A stretch of 39,775 nt of DNA from a virus (Duplodnaviria > Caudoviricetes): positions 1-39,775 of the IMG/VR virus record IMGVR_UViG_3300031716_000600; one strand, given 5' to 3'. Positions 25,712 through 35,484 of this stretch are shown here, piece by piece. The translations under genes and the position numbers were made by a program. The notes under the pieces were generated by a model, which did not search any database, had not been told where the DNA came from, and was given only the letters and a program-made list of their open reading frames with translations. The stretch's first letter is position 1; every line of letters begins with the position of its first letter.

Positions 25712-26349
25712 TCTGCATTCCGGCGCTGGCCGCACTGTCGCTCGTCCGCGTCAGGGCGCCAGGCGGTCCTTTCCGCCGCTCCGGTCACCTGTTCGGCGCG
25801 CAGCCGAGCGAGATCTTCGCCGAAGATCTGGACGAGGAGCAATTCGAGGCGCTCGCCACCGAGCCGCGCCTCGTCGTCGAGGGATCGGCAGACGGGGAAG
25901 GCTTCGTGCCGATCATCACCCGCGAAGAGCGCGATGGCGTCCTCGATCATGCCGGCGCCCTGTCTTTCGGTGCAGCAGCCAGTCAGCGGAATGCCGAGCG
26001 CCAGATTGCCGAGCTGAGAACTGAGGTGAGGGATCACCTCGTCTCCATCGACCAACTCGACAAGCAGGTTAGCGAACTCAAGGGCCAGCTGACCGAGCGA
26101 GATCTCCGCAACGCCGAGCACGTCGCGACGATCGCCGAACTCAATAAGCAGCTCGAGGCCGCCAAGGCGGCGCTCGCGGTCGCCGCTCCGGGAGCGGACG
26201 GGACGCCTGCAAACATGGATCCCGCGGCGGCGGCCGATACCTCCTCGAGCGAGGGCACCGGCCAGGGCGGGGACACTTCCTCCTCCGCCTCGGCCGAGAC
26301 GGACGGCGTCGCGGGGAAATCGACGTCGACCAAGGGCAAGGGCCGCTGA
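25699..26349 (+). CDS. Mu gp35/HI1506-like head protein with coiled-coil and low-complexity tail
   Basis: FRRSG..F...DLDEEQFEAL..EPRLVVE motif; GGAG SD and GTG at 25699, overlapping the end of the capsid gene. Confidence 0.7.
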   Translation: MARLICIPALAALSLVRVRAPGGPFRRSGHLFGAQPSEIFAEDLDEEQFEALATEPRLVVEGSADGEGFVPIITREERDGVLDHAGALSFGAAASQRNAERQIAELRTEVRDHLVSIDQLDKQVSELKGQLTERDLRNAEHVATIAELNKQLEAAKAALAVAAPGADGTPANMDPAAAADTSSSEGTGQGGDTSSSASAETDGVAGKSTSTKGKGR

Positions 26350-26367
26350 GGCTCGCACCCTGAACCA

Positions 26368-26398
26368 TCCCGGCCGGTCGCGCCTGCGCCGGCCGGGA
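26368..26398 (+). terminator. GC-rich hairpin after head genes (terminator/attenuator or processing signal)
   Basis: TCCCGGCCGG...CCGGCCGGGA 10-bp stem; no strong U-tract. Confidence 0.45.
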
Positions 26399-26438
26399 CC
26401 TTCAGTCAGCAGGCATGTGGGGGAGCTTCAGCCGTCCA

Positions 26439-26864
26439 ATGCCTGCCTATGCCGCCTTGTCCGATCTGCTTCAGCGCGTGGAGGAGCGTGAGCTCGTCCA
26501 GCTGACTGACGACGATGGCGCCGGCACCGCGGACGTCGCTCGCATCGAAGCCGCCTGCGATCGCGCAACCGGCGTGATCGATTCCTACCTTGCCGCCATC
26601 TACCAGCTGCCGCTGACGACGGTCCCGGCGATCCTGGTCGAGCTGACCTGCGCGCTCGCTCGCCAGTTCCTGTGGCAGGCCAAGGGCACGCCGCCCGAGG
26701 GCGTCGACAAGGCCGCGGCCGCCGCCACCCGCACGCTCGAAAAGATCGCTTCAGGCACCCTCAAGATCGATGCCGGAAGCCGCGAGCAGCCGGCGCGCGA
26801 GGGCGCGATCGTCGTCGACGGCGGCAAGCGCGTCTTCGGCCGCGACAAGATGGTCGGTTTCTGA
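26439..26864 (+). CDS. Head-tail connector (Mu gp36 / DUF1320)
   Basis: YA...DL..R....ELVQLTD...IDSYL...YQLPL..VP..L. Confidence 0.88.
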   Translation: MPAYAALSDLLQRVEERELVQLTDDDGAGTADVARIEAACDRATGVIDSYLAAIYQLPLTTVPAILVELTCALARQFLWQAKGTPPEGVDKAAAAATRTLEKIASGTLKIDAGSREQPAREGAIVVDGGKRVFGRDKMVGF

Positions 26865-27358
26865 TGGCTGGCCTTCAGCTCTCCGCCCGCGATCTCCCGC
26901 GGCTCGAGGCGATCTTCGGCCGCCTGGAGCGGCGCATGGTCGACACCAGCCCGCTGATGAGCCGCATCGGCCAGGCGGTCGAGGGCGATATCGAGGAGCG
27001 CTTCCAGACCGAGACGGCGCCGGACGGCGGGCGTTGGGCGCCCAGCATCCGTGCCCGCGAAGAGGGTGGCAAGACGCTCACCGCGTCGGCCCGGCTGCGC
27101 CAGTCGATGACCCACAACGTCCGCGGCCGCGACGAAGTCGAGGTCGGTACCAACCTGATCTACGCCGGCGTCCATCAGGACGGCTCGACCATCCGCGGCG
27201 GATCCGGCCCGCTTCGTTTCAGGCTGCCGGGCGGCCTCGGCTTCCGCTCGCCGGAGGAAGTGGTGATTCCCGCGCGCCCGTTCCTCGGCGTGTCGCGCGA
27301 TGGCGAGGCCGAGATCCTCGCCCAGGCCGAAGACTATCTTGCCGAGATGCTGCCATGA
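26864..27358 (+). CDS. Virion morphogenesis protein (Mu gpG / P2 S-like)
   Basis: RFQTETAPDG..W...L..S...VGTNLIYAGVHQ.G...IPARPFLGVS. Confidence 0.9.
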   Translation: MAGLQLSARDLPRLEAIFGRLERRMVDTSPLMSRIGQAVEGDIEERFQTETAPDGGRWAPSIRAREEGGKTLTASARLRQSMTHNVRGRDEVEVGTNLIYAGVHQDGSTIRGGSGPLRFRLPGGLGFRSPEEVVIPARPFLGVSRDGEAEILAQAEDYLAEMLP

Positions 27359-27978
27359 TCGGCGCGATCGAGAACGCGATCCTGGCCGAGCTGAAGGCCT
27401 ACGGTGACGGCGACGCGCTCGGCTACAAGTACCGGACGCTGGAAACCTTCCCCGAGGATTGGAGCCAGTACCTCCAAGACAAGGCGGTGTTAAACGCACC
27501 CGCCGCGTGGGTGGTGTTCGCGGGCGCCAGCAAGGTCGGAGGCTCGCCCGCGCAGCCGGTGTTGCGCTTCACCTTCGGCTTGGTCGTCATGGCCGAGAAT
27601 GCCAGAAACGAAACCGCCACCCGCCACGGCGGGCCGGGCACCGGCGAGCCTGGCAGTTTTCAACTAGCCGAAGACGCCATCACCATCCTTGCCGGCAGCG
27701 AGCTAGGCCTCGACATCGGCTCGATCGAGGTGCGCGCGCTGCGCGTCGTCAATCGACTCGACGCAGCGAAGGCCCGCAAGGTCTCGATGCTCGCGATCGA
27801 GCTCACGACCGACTGCATGCTGTTCGGCGTCGATCGCGAGCCGGGCGCGCTGCCCGACTTCGAAGCTTTCCACGCCAACTGGGACGTTCCGCCCTTCGGC
27901 AACGTCCTCCTGCCCTTGCCGGCCGATGCAACGGCCGACGCGACCGATCACGTCACCCTGGAGACGACGACGCCATGA
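27355..27978 (+). CDS. Tail terminator-like protein (Mu gp37 / DUF1834)
   Basis: MIGAIENAI...PAAWVVF.G; synteny before gp38 and sheath. Confidence 0.78.
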   Translation: MIGAIENAILAELKAYGDGDALGYKYRTLETFPEDWSQYLQDKAVLNAPAAWVVFAGASKVGGSPAQPVLRFTFGLVVMAENARNETATRHGGPGTGEPGSFQLAEDAITILAGSELGLDIGSIEVRALRVVNRLDAAKARKVSMLAIELTTDCMLFGVDREPGALPDFEAFHANWDVPPFGNVLLPLPADATADATDHVTLETTTP

Positions 27979-28142
27979 ACGATGAACGCTTGATCAGCCC
28001 GGCGGCCGACCGCCGCGTCCGCCACGAAGACGGGCGGCTGCTCGAACCCAAGACCCCGGTGACTTGGTCACCCCATTGGCAGCGGCGCGAGGACGACGGC
28101 GACATCGTCGTGCACCGCGCCGCCGAGAAGAAGGACGCCTGA
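27975..28142 (+). CDS. Mu gp38-like small protein (DUF2635)
   Basis: PA..RRVR..DG..L....V.W..HWQRR..DGDIV. Confidence 0.8.
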   Translation: MNDERLISPAADRRVRHEDGRLLEPKTPVTWSPHWQRREDDGDIVVHRAAEKKDA

Positions 28143-28145
28143 CGC

Positions 28146-29609
28146 ATGATCAGCTTTGCCGCCATCCCGCTCGATGTCCGTGTCCCGGGCAGCTACGTCG
28201 AGTTCGACAGCAGCCGCGCGACCGCCGGTCTGCCGCCTGCCGAGACGAAGATCCTGGTCATCGGCCAGCGCCTTGCCACCGGCGCGGCGCCGGCGCTGAC
28301 CCCGGTGCGGATCATCCGCGCCGCCGAGGCGGTGCCTGCGTTCGGCCGCGGCTCGCAGCTCGCAGCCATGTGTGCCGCCGCAAAGGCGGTCAACGATCGC
28401 ACCGAACTGTGGGCGATCGCGCTTGATGACCTCAACGCCGGCACCGCCGCGACCCACACCATCACGGTAACCGGCCCGGCCACCGGGGCAGGAACGCTCG
28501 CGCTGATGGTGACGGGCGTTGCCGTGCCTGTCGCCGTCGCGCTGGGCCAGACCGCCAACCAGATCGCGACCGCGATCGCCGCGGCCATCAACGCCAAGGC
28601 GGACCTGCCGGTCACCGCCGCCGCCGACGCCGCGGTCGTGACGCTTACCTTCCGCCACAAGGGCACGATCGGCAACGACGTCGACATCCGCGTCAATCAT
28701 TACCAGGGCGAGCTGCTGCCGGCGGGTGTCGGCATCGTCGTCGCGGTGGGCGTCGCCGGCGCGGGTGATCCCGATATCGCCACCGTCTTCGCGGCGATCG
28801 CCGACACCGCCTTCCAGACGATCATCCTGCCGTTCGTCAGCGCCGCAGCCCTGAATGCGGTGGATGCCGAGCTCGAGGCGCGTTCCGGCCCGATGCGGAT
28901 GATCGAGGGCATGGCCTACGGTGCCCTGCGCGGAACCGTCGGCAGCCTCGCCGCCTTCGGTGCTGCCCGCAACGGCAAGTTCGTGTCGGTGGCCGGGCAG
29001 AAGGGCATCCCCAACCCCAGCTGGTGCATCGCCGCGGCTTATGGCGCGCAGATCGCCTATCACGGCTCGATCGACCCGGCGCGGCCGTTCCAGACGCTGC
29101 CGCTGCCCGGCATCCTGGCGCCGCGGATCGTCGATCGCTTCAGCCAGGTCGAGCGGGAGGCGCTTCTTCGCGATGGCATCTCCACCCTCGGCACCGAGGT
29201 CGGCGGCCAGGTCGTCATCGAGCGGGCGATCACGACCTATCAGGTCAACGCCCAGAACCTCGAGGACATCAGCTTCCTCGACGTCAACACGCCGCTGACC
29301 CTGTTCCGTGTCCGCCTCGCAGTGCGCAGCCGGATCGCCCAGCGCTTCAGCCGATGCAAGTTGGCGAGCGACAATGCACGGGTTGCGCCAGGTCAGGCGA
29401 TCGCACGGCCTAAGGACGTCCGCGCCGAGCTGATCGCGTTGTTCCGCGACCTCGAAGACGCCGGGCTCGTCGAGGACATCGACCAGTTCAAGGCCGACTT
29501 GGTGGTCGAGCGCAATCCGAACGACCCGAGCCGGATCGACGCCTTGGTCCCGCCCAACATCGTCAACCAGTTCCGGGTGTTCGCCGGCCGCGTCGAGTTC
29601 CGGCTCTGA
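28146..29609 (+). CDS. Tail sheath protein (Mu gpL)
   Basis: ISF..IP...RVPG.YVEFD, FGRGS.L..M, DPARPFQTL.L.G, LLRDGIST. Confidence 0.95.
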   Translation: MISFAAIPLDVRVPGSYVEFDSSRATAGLPPAETKILVIGQRLATGAAPALTPVRIIRAAEAVPAFGRGSQLAAMCAAAKAVNDRTELWAIALDDLNAGTAATHTITVTGPATGAGTLALMVTGVAVPVAVALGQTANQIATAIAAAINAKADLPVTAAADAAVVTLTFRHKGTIGNDVDIRVNHYQGELLPAGVGIVVAVGVAGAGDPDIATVFAAIADTAFQTIILPFVSAAALNAVDAELEARSGPMRMIEGMAYGALRGTVGSLAAFGAARNGKFVSVAGQKGIPNPSWCIAAAYGAQIAYHGSIDPARPFQTLPLPGILAPRIVDRFSQVEREALLRDGISTLGTEVGGQVVIERAITTYQVNAQNLEDISFLDVNTPLTLFRVRLAVRSRIAQRFSRCKLASDNARVAPGQAIARPKDVRAELIALFRDLEDAGLVEDIDQFKADLVVERNPNDPSRIDALVPPNIVNQFRVFAGRVEFRL

Positions 29610-29644
29610 ACGGCCGCTGAGACGCCAATAAAAGGAGAGAAAGA

Positions 29645-30007
29645 GTGGCGAATCCCAACAAGGTCATGGGCCAGGCGCGCATCCGCGTGAACGGTCAGGA
29701 GATGATCACTGCGCCGAAGGCGACGCTCGAACTGGGCGGCATCACCCGCGATTCCGTCGAGGCGGACGGCCGCGCCGGCTTCTTCAGCGAGAAGTCGAGC
29801 CCGTCCAAGATGGAATGCGAGGTCATCGTCACCCCGGGGCTGTCGATCTCCGCGCTCAACTTCGACGATGCCACCGTGACGTTCGAAGCGGACACCGGCC
29901 AGGTGTTCGTGATCGGGCACGGCTATTCCAGCGAAACGCCGAGCGTCAACGACGGCAAGTGCAAGCTCACCATCATGGGGCCGCCGGCCGAGGAGCTGTT
30001 GTCGTGA
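29645..30007 (+). CDS. Tail tube protein (Mu gpM)
   Basis: 120 aa after the sheath; AAGGAG SD; FEADTG..F.I motif. Confidence 0.85.
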   Translation: MANPNKVMGQARIRVNGQEMITAPKATLELGGITRDSVEADGRAGFFSEKSSPSKMECEVIVTPGLSISALNFDDATVTFEADTGQVFVIGHGYSSETPSVNDGKCKLTIMGPPAEELLS

Positions 30008-30309
30008 GCGGGGACATCGAGCCCTTCAAGCTGACGACGCCGCTCGTCCGTCGCCTCAAAGCGGCCGGCGGTGAGGAGCGGACGGAAGAAATCAACGAAC
30101 TGACCTTCCGCCGCCTCAAGGGCAAGGACCTCCGTGGGGCGCCTTCCAACGAGGTCGACATGGGCCTGCACCTGTTGGCGCGATCGACCGGGCTGACCGC
30201 GGCCGAGGTCGACGAGATGGAATTCGAAGACGTCACCGCCGCCATCGAGAAGATGGAAAGTTTTTTGCCGAGTGGCCGGAAGATTGGGCTGACATCTTCG
30301 GAGACCTAG
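30004..30309 (+). CDS. Tail assembly chaperone (gp41/E-like)
   Basis: ELTFRRLKGKDL...LLARSTGL...VDEMEFED; lies between tube and tape measure. Confidence 0.85.
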   Translation: MSGDIEPFKLTTPLVRRLKAAGGEERTEEINELTFRRLKGKDLRGAPSNEVDMGLHLLARSTGLTAAEVDEMEFEDVTAAIEKMESFLPSGRKIGLTSSET

Positions 30310-30419
30310 CCGTCACCTTCCATTTTGCGGCGGCCGAACTGTGGGAGTTCGACGACCGCGACCTTCACTTCTGGGCCACCCAGGCGGCCCGCATCGCTAA
30401 GGAACAAGCTAGTGCTTAG
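30261..30419 (+). CDS. -1 frameshift extension of tail chaperone (P2 E'-like)
   Basis: TTTTTTG at 30261-30267; the -1 frame reads AEWPEDWADIFGDLAVTFHFAAAELWEFDDRDLHFWATQAARIAKEQASA*. Confidence 0.8.
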   Translation, partial: FFAEWPEDWADIFGDLAVTFHFAAAELWEFDDRDLHFWATQAARIAKEQASA

Positions 30420-32109
30420 GCTGTCGCTGCTGATCTCGCTGACGGAAAGGGTGACCAGCCCAGTCCGGCGAATTCGCAGCGCCATCCGCGGCATGGTGAC
30501 GACCGGCGAACGCGACGTCGCCAGGCTCGATCGGATGATGGATCGCCTCGGCCGCACGGCTGGAAGGGTGGGGAGCTTCATCGGGACCGCGATCGGCACC
30601 GGGGTGGGCGCCGCCGGCGCCGGCATCGCCGCCTTCGGAGCCGGCATCATCAAGACGAGCATGGATTTCGAGCGCTTCCAGGTCATCCTGGAGGGGACCG
30701 AGGGCAGCGCCGATAAAGCCAAGCAAGCGATGTCGTGGGCGAAGAAATTCGCCGAGACGACGCCGTACGAGATCGGCCAGGTCATGGATGCGTTCGTGGC
30801 CCTTCGTGCTTACGGCGTCGAGCCGACCGGCGGCGTATTGCAAAGCCTTGGCAACCTTGCAGCTGGCACCGGCAAGGACCTGATGCAGGTCGTGGAAGCC
30901 CTCGCCGATGCGCAGATGGGGGAATTCGAGCGCCTCAAAGAATTTCAGATCAAGGCCAAGCAGAGCGGCGACAACGTGGCGCTGACCTACAATCGCAACG
31001 GCAAGGAAATCACCAAAACCGTCAAAAAGAATGCTCTCGAGATCCAGCGGGCAATCACCTCGATCGCAGACGAGCGCTTCGGCAACATGATGGATCGGCA
31101 GTCCAGGACGCTGGGCGGCATTCTGGGAAATATCAAAGACAAGCTGACCAATTTTCAGCTCGATGTCGGTGCAGCCGGCTTCTTCGATCTTGTGAAAGGG
31201 CGCCTTCAGCAGCTCCTCGATCGGATCAACGTCCTTGCCGCAAACGGCACGCTGAAGCGCTGGGCCCAGGAGACAAGTCGCTTTCTCGTGGACTTGGCCA
31301 ACAAGCTGATGGCGATCGACTGGAACAGGGTCTGGAACGCCCTGAAGGGCATCGGCTCTGCCTTGGCGCTGATCGGTAGTTTCTTTGCCGCAGTTCAAAG
31401 TACCTTCGGCATCTTTAACGTAGTGATCGCGCTGGTTATCGGAAAGATTGCGCTGTCGCTCTACGGTCTGGCTACCGCGCTCGGACTGGTGAGCATCGCC
31501 GGTGCGCCGATCTGGGCAATTGTCGCTATTGTCGGGATCCTCGCCTTCGGCGCCGTCAAGCTGTGGCAGAACTGGGGAACGATCAGCGACAAGTTCGCCA
31601 CCATGTGGACGGCGATCAAGAAGACCTTCGCCGCTGCCGGGCCGGCGATCTGGGCTTCGCTTCCCGTCTGGCTGCGCGGGATCTTCTCCGGCGCATCGTT
31701 CGCGATCAAGCTGGTCGGCAACCTCTTCAGCGGGGGCGCCCCCGCGCCAGGCGCTCCTGCCGGACGTCCAGCTGCGCCCGGGAGTGGTGGCGCCCTGCTT
31801 CGCGGCGGTCGGCCGGCGCCGGCGTTCGTGCCTCGGCGACCGGCGTGGGCAGCACCGGGGCGGCTCGGCTCGGCCGCGCCGGTCGGCGCCGATCGTCGCG
31901 GTCCAGGAGCGCGCTCGCCTCGAACCGCCGCCTTCGGCCCGGCGATGCGGCAGCAGCCGCTGGTGCTTCGGCAGTCCTCTGAAAGCCGGGTCGCCATCGA
32001 CCTCAACGTCAAGACCGATCGCGGCACGACCGCCAAGCCGACGCGTATGGCGTCCAATGGCGCGACCAGCGTCTCGGTGAATCGCGGCGCGCTGCCGCTG
32101 GGAGGCTGA
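30412..32109 (+). CDS. Tape measure protein
   Basis: FAETTPYEI..V..AF..LRAYG tape-measure motif, hydrophobic mid-section and spaced Trp residues; GTG 30412 after AAGGA. Confidence 0.9.
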   Translation: MLRLSLLISLTERVTSPVRRIRSAIRGMVTTGERDVARLDRMMDRLGRTAGRVGSFIGTAIGTGVGAAGAGIAAFGAGIIKTSMDFERFQVILEGTEGSADKAKQAMSWAKKFAETTPYEIGQVMDAFVALRAYGVEPTGGVLQSLGNLAAGTGKDLMQVVEALADAQMGEFERLKEFQIKAKQSGDNVALTYNRNGKEITKTVKKNALEIQRAITSIADERFGNMMDRQSRTLGGILGNIKDKLTNFQLDVGAAGFFDLVKGRLQQLLDRINVLAANGTLKRWAQETSRFLVDLANKLMAIDWNRVWNALKGIGSALALIGSFFAAVQSTFGIFNVVIALVIGKIALSLYGLATALGLVSIAGAPIWAIVAIVGILAFGAVKLWQNWGTISDKFATMWTAIKKTFAAAGPAIWASLPVWLRGIFSGASFAIKLVGNLFSGGAPAPGAPAGRPAAPGSGGALLRGGRPAPAFVPRRPAWAAPGRLGSAAPVGADRRGPGARSPRTAAFGPAMRQQPLVLRQSSESRVAIDLNVKTDRGTTAKPTRMASNGATSVSVNRGALPLGG

Positions 32110-32110
32110 G

Positions 32111-33364
32111 ATGGCCTTGGCCGATACCCTCCGCCCGGGGAGCTTCCGCGGTGTGCCTTTCGGGATCCAGAATCACGAGCGCGAGGGCGGCCGCCGGGGC
32201 GAGCTTCACGAATATCCGGAACGCGATAAGCCGTGGTTCGAGGATCTCGGCCGCAAGGCGCGCCGCTGGTCGATCGAGGCCGTTATCGTCGGCGGCCAGG
32301 ACTATGCCAGCCGCCGAGATGCCCTTGAGCAGGCCTGCGATGCGACCGGCGCCGCCACGCTCGTCCACCCGTTCCTCGGCGAGCTCAAGGTCGTGTGCAC
32401 CGAATGGCGCGTCCGCGAGAGCACGGCCGAGCTGGGCGCTGCCTTCTTCAGCCTCACCTTCGTCGACGCCGGCGAGCCGGTCACGGCGGCGGTTGCCGAG
32501 GACACGGTCGACGCGGCGATCGCCGCGGCCGATCGCGTCCAGGCCGACGCTCCCACCGACTTCGCCCAGCAGTTCGCCGTGGCTGGCTTCCCGGCCTTCG
32601 TCGAGAATGCAGCCGCGCTGGATGTCCGGCGCCTGGTCGAGCTCGCGACGTCCGCCGCCTCCTTCCTAGGAGGCGCAGGCATCGCGCTGCGCACCTTCGA
32701 GAGCGGATTGTCGCTGCTTCCGTTCGGCGCCATTGCGCTGGTCCGCTCGCCCCTGTCGCTTGGTCATGCCGTTGTCGGCCTGATCATGGCGGTCGCCGGC
32801 CTCGCCGCCACACCTTCGGCGCGGGTGCGGGCGCTCCGGCGCATCATGACTTCCCCGGGAAGTGGGATCCCGCCGGCGATCGCCGCCACGCCGGCGCGTC
32901 GGCGCGAGCAGGCGAACGCTGCCGCCTTCTCTCAGCTGGTCGGTGCGGTGGCCGTTGCCGAGGCAGTGCGGGCGGCGAGCCAGATCCGCTTCCCGTCCTA
33001 TGACGAGGCGATCACGCTCCGCGACGCCCTCGCCGGCGAGATCGACGATCTAGCGATCGCTGCGGCCGACACCGGCGCCGACGTGGTTGCCGACCGCCTC
33101 GACACCCTTCGCCTGATCCTGATCCGCGACATCACGGCGCGCGGCGGCTCACTCGAGCGCCTGTATCGCTACGCGCCGCTGGTGACCGAGCCGGCCCTGG
33201 TCATCAGCCAGCGCCTGCATGGTGGCAGCGGAGAGGTGCTCGATCGCGCCGACGAGTTGGCCGAGCGCAACGCCATCATCCACCCCGGCTTCGTGCCTGG
33301 GGGCGATCCCTTGCTGGTCCGGACGATGGCCGGCCGCGCAAGCGGAGCTCTTGGCAATGGTTGA
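32111..33364 (+). CDS. DNA circularization protein (Mu gpN)
   Basis: LRPGSFRGVPF...GRR...HEYP.RD...EDLGR...LVHPFLG; C-terminal RN.I.HPGFVP. Confidence 0.92.
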   Translation: MALADTLRPGSFRGVPFGIQNHEREGGRRGELHEYPERDKPWFEDLGRKARRWSIEAVIVGGQDYASRRDALEQACDATGAATLVHPFLGELKVVCTEWRVRESTAELGAAFFSLTFVDAGEPVTAAVAEDTVDAAIAAADRVQADAPTDFAQQFAVAGFPAFVENAAALDVRRLVELATSAASFLGGAGIALRTFESGLSLLPFGAIALVRSPLSLGHAVVGLIMAVAGLAATPSARVRALRRIMTSPGSGIPPAIAATPARRREQANAAAFSQLVGAVAVAEAVRAASQIRFPSYDEAITLRDALAGEIDDLAIAAADTGADVVADRLDTLRLILIRDITARGGSLERLYRYAPLVTEPALVISQRLHGGSGEVLDRADELAERNAIIHPGFVPGGDPLLVRTMAGRASGALGNG

Positions 33365-34484
33365 GGCAGCCATTCCTGCATCCGACGCGGTCGAGCTGAA
33401 GCTTGGCGGTCGCCGCTTCGGTGGCTGGACCTCGATCGACATCCAGCTCGACCTCGATCAGGGCGCGGCGTCCTTCAGTCTCGGCGTCACCCGGCGCGAT
33501 CCCGAGCAGGACGCTTACTGGGAACTGGAGGCGGACGCGGCATGCGAAGTCCTCGTGGGCGGTGAGACGCTGCTGACCGGTTACACCGACCGACTTGGAG
33601 GCCGCCTCGCTGGCGAAAGCCACGGCATCACGGTGTCGGGCCGCTCGAAGACGGCGGACCTGATCGACTGCTCGGCGGTGGCCTCGCCCGGCAGCTGGCG
33701 CGGCCAGTCGATCGCGACGATCGCGGCCGAACTGGCGAAGCCGTTCGGAATCAAGGTGACGGTCGAGGGCAAGGCCGGCGCAGCGCTGCGCCGCTTTGCG
33801 ATCCAGCAGGGCGAGACGGTCTGGGAAGCCATCACCCGCATGGCGCAGCATCGCGCATTGCTCCCGATCGCCCGATCGGATGGATCGGTTGCGCTGACCA
33901 ATGCCGCGCCAAAGGGCGCCCCGGTCAAGCTGATCCAGGGACGCAACTGCCTGTCGATCGACGGGACGCACGACGTTGCGGATCGCTTCAGCCAATATCT
34001 GCTCAAGGGTCAGTCAGCCGGCGACGATGAGGTGCACGGCAAGGCTGCCGCCAGCCCGAAGGCGGAAGCCAAGGACCCGGCCGTGCGTCGGTACCGGCCG
34101 CTGATCGTGGTGGCGGAAGATCAGGTCGACGCCGCGACTCTGAAGCAGCGCGCCCAGTGGGAGGCAACGGTGCGCGCGGCCAAGGCGCAGCAGGCGATCG
34201 TTGAGCTGACCGGCTGGCGACGCGAGGACGGAGCCCTGTGGGCGCTTGAAGACGCGGTCGACCTCGAAGCGCCGGCGGCATGGATCGATGATAAGCTGAT
34301 GGTCGCCGGGCTTCGCCTGGTCCTCGACGAAGGCGGTCGTCGGGCCGAACTGCGCCTGGTGCGGCCGGAAAGCTACAGCCAGCTGGCGGTACCGGAAGAG
34401 GCCGAGTCCTCGAAGATCAAGAAGACGTCGCGCAAGTCGAAGCGCGAGCAGGAAAAGGATGCCAGGAAGGGGAAGCCGGAATGA
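33357..34484 (+). CDS. Baseplate hub (Mu gpP/gp44)
   Basis: GW.S..I, GRSKTADLIDCS, GETVWEAI.R, RFSQY..KGQ, RYRPLIV. Confidence 0.92.
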   Translation: MVEAAIPASDAVELKLGGRRFGGWTSIDIQLDLDQGAASFSLGVTRRDPEQDAYWELEADAACEVLVGGETLLTGYTDRLGGRLAGESHGITVSGRSKTADLIDCSAVASPGSWRGQSIATIAAELAKPFGIKVTVEGKAGAALRRFAIQQGETVWEAITRMAQHRALLPIARSDGSVALTNAAPKGAPVKLIQGRNCLSIDGTHDVADRFSQYLLKGQSAGDDEVHGKAAASPKAEAKDPAVRRYRPLIVVAEDQVDAATLKQRAQWEATVRAAKAQQAIVELTGWRREDGALWALEDAVDLEAPAAWIDDKLMVAGLRLVLDEGGRRAELRLVRPESYSQLAVPEEAESSKIKKTSRKSKREQEKDARKGKPE

Positions 34485-35014
34485 ACAATCCGGTGGCTGC
34501 CCGCATGCGCCGCAGCATCCAGAACATGGTCGGCCGGGCAATCCTGTCCGCAATCGACGATTCGACCGGCATCCAGTCGCTCCAGATCGAAGGCCTCGCC
34601 GACGAGATCCACGATAACGTGGAGCGGCTGCAGGATTACGGCTTTACCTCGGTGCCGCTGGCGGGCGCAGAGGCGGCGGTGGTGTTCGTCGGCGGTCTCA
34701 GAAGTCACGGCCTGGTCGTGGCGGTCGGCGATCGCCGCTATCGGATCAAGGGCCTCAAGCCCGGCGAGGTCGCCGTCTATGATGATCAGGAACAGCAGAT
34801 CGTCCTGACGCGGGACGGGATCGAGATCAGGTCGCCCAAGAAGGTCACCGTCGAGGCTGAAGGCGAACTGCTCGTCAAGTCGGCTGCCAAGGTGACCGTC
34901 GAGGCGCCGGCGGTCGACCTCGGCGGCGCGGGGGGCAAGGCCGTCGCCCGGGTTGGCGACCCGGTCGCCAACGGCGTGATCACCGCGGGAAGTGCCAAGG
35001 TGAAGGCGGCATGA
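34481..35014 (+). CDS. Baseplate spike (Mu gp45)
   Basis: VERLQDYGFTSVP..GAEA...GG.RSH...DRRYR..GL.PGEV..YD. Confidence 0.92.
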   Translation: MNNPVAARMRRSIQNMVGRAILSAIDDSTGIQSLQIEGLADEIHDNVERLQDYGFTSVPLAGAEAAVVFVGGLRSHGLVVAVGDRRYRIKGLKPGEVAVYDDQEQQIVLTRDGIEIRSPKKVTVEAEGELLVKSAAKVTVEAPAVDLGGAGGKAVARVGDPVANGVITAGSAKVKAA

Positions 35015-35484
35015 GCGACCTCGCGCTCTTCTGGGACAACCAAGCGCTCGCCGCCGACGTCTCGCTCGACGGAGCAGCGCTCGCCACTGACGAGGGCCTT
35101 CGGACGGCCGTGATCGTCTCGCTCTTCACCGATGCCCGTGCTCGCGACGACGATCCGGTACCGGACGGCGGCGATCGCCGCGGATGGTGGGGCGATGCCC
35201 TGCCCGTCGAACCCGGGGACGCGATCGGCTCGCGCCTGTGGCTGCTGGCCCGCGAGAAGCGCCTGTCGTCAGTGCTCGATCACGCCCGCAGCTACGCGGC
35301 CGAGGCACTCTCCTGGCTTATCGCCGACGGAATTGCCGCCGAGGTCGACGTCATCGCCGAGGCCCAGGGCGAGCAGACGCTGGCGCTCGGCGTTCAGATC
35401 CGCCGCCCGTCCGGCCCAGGCCGCCTTCGCTTCGACTTCGTGTGGGAGGCCACAGCTTCAGGAATGACATCGCGTGCCGTTTAA
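35011..35484 (+). CDS. Baseplate protein (Mu gp46)
   Basis: LRTAVIVSLFTD.RA...RGWWGD...GSRLWLL.REK. Confidence 0.92.
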   Translation: MSDLALFWDNQALAADVSLDGAALATDEGLRTAVIVSLFTDARARDDDPVPDGGDRRGWWGDALPVEPGDAIGSRLWLLAREKRLSSVLDHARSYAAEALSWLIADGIAAEVDVIAEAQGEQTLALGVQIRRPSGPGRLRFDFVWEATASGMTSRAV

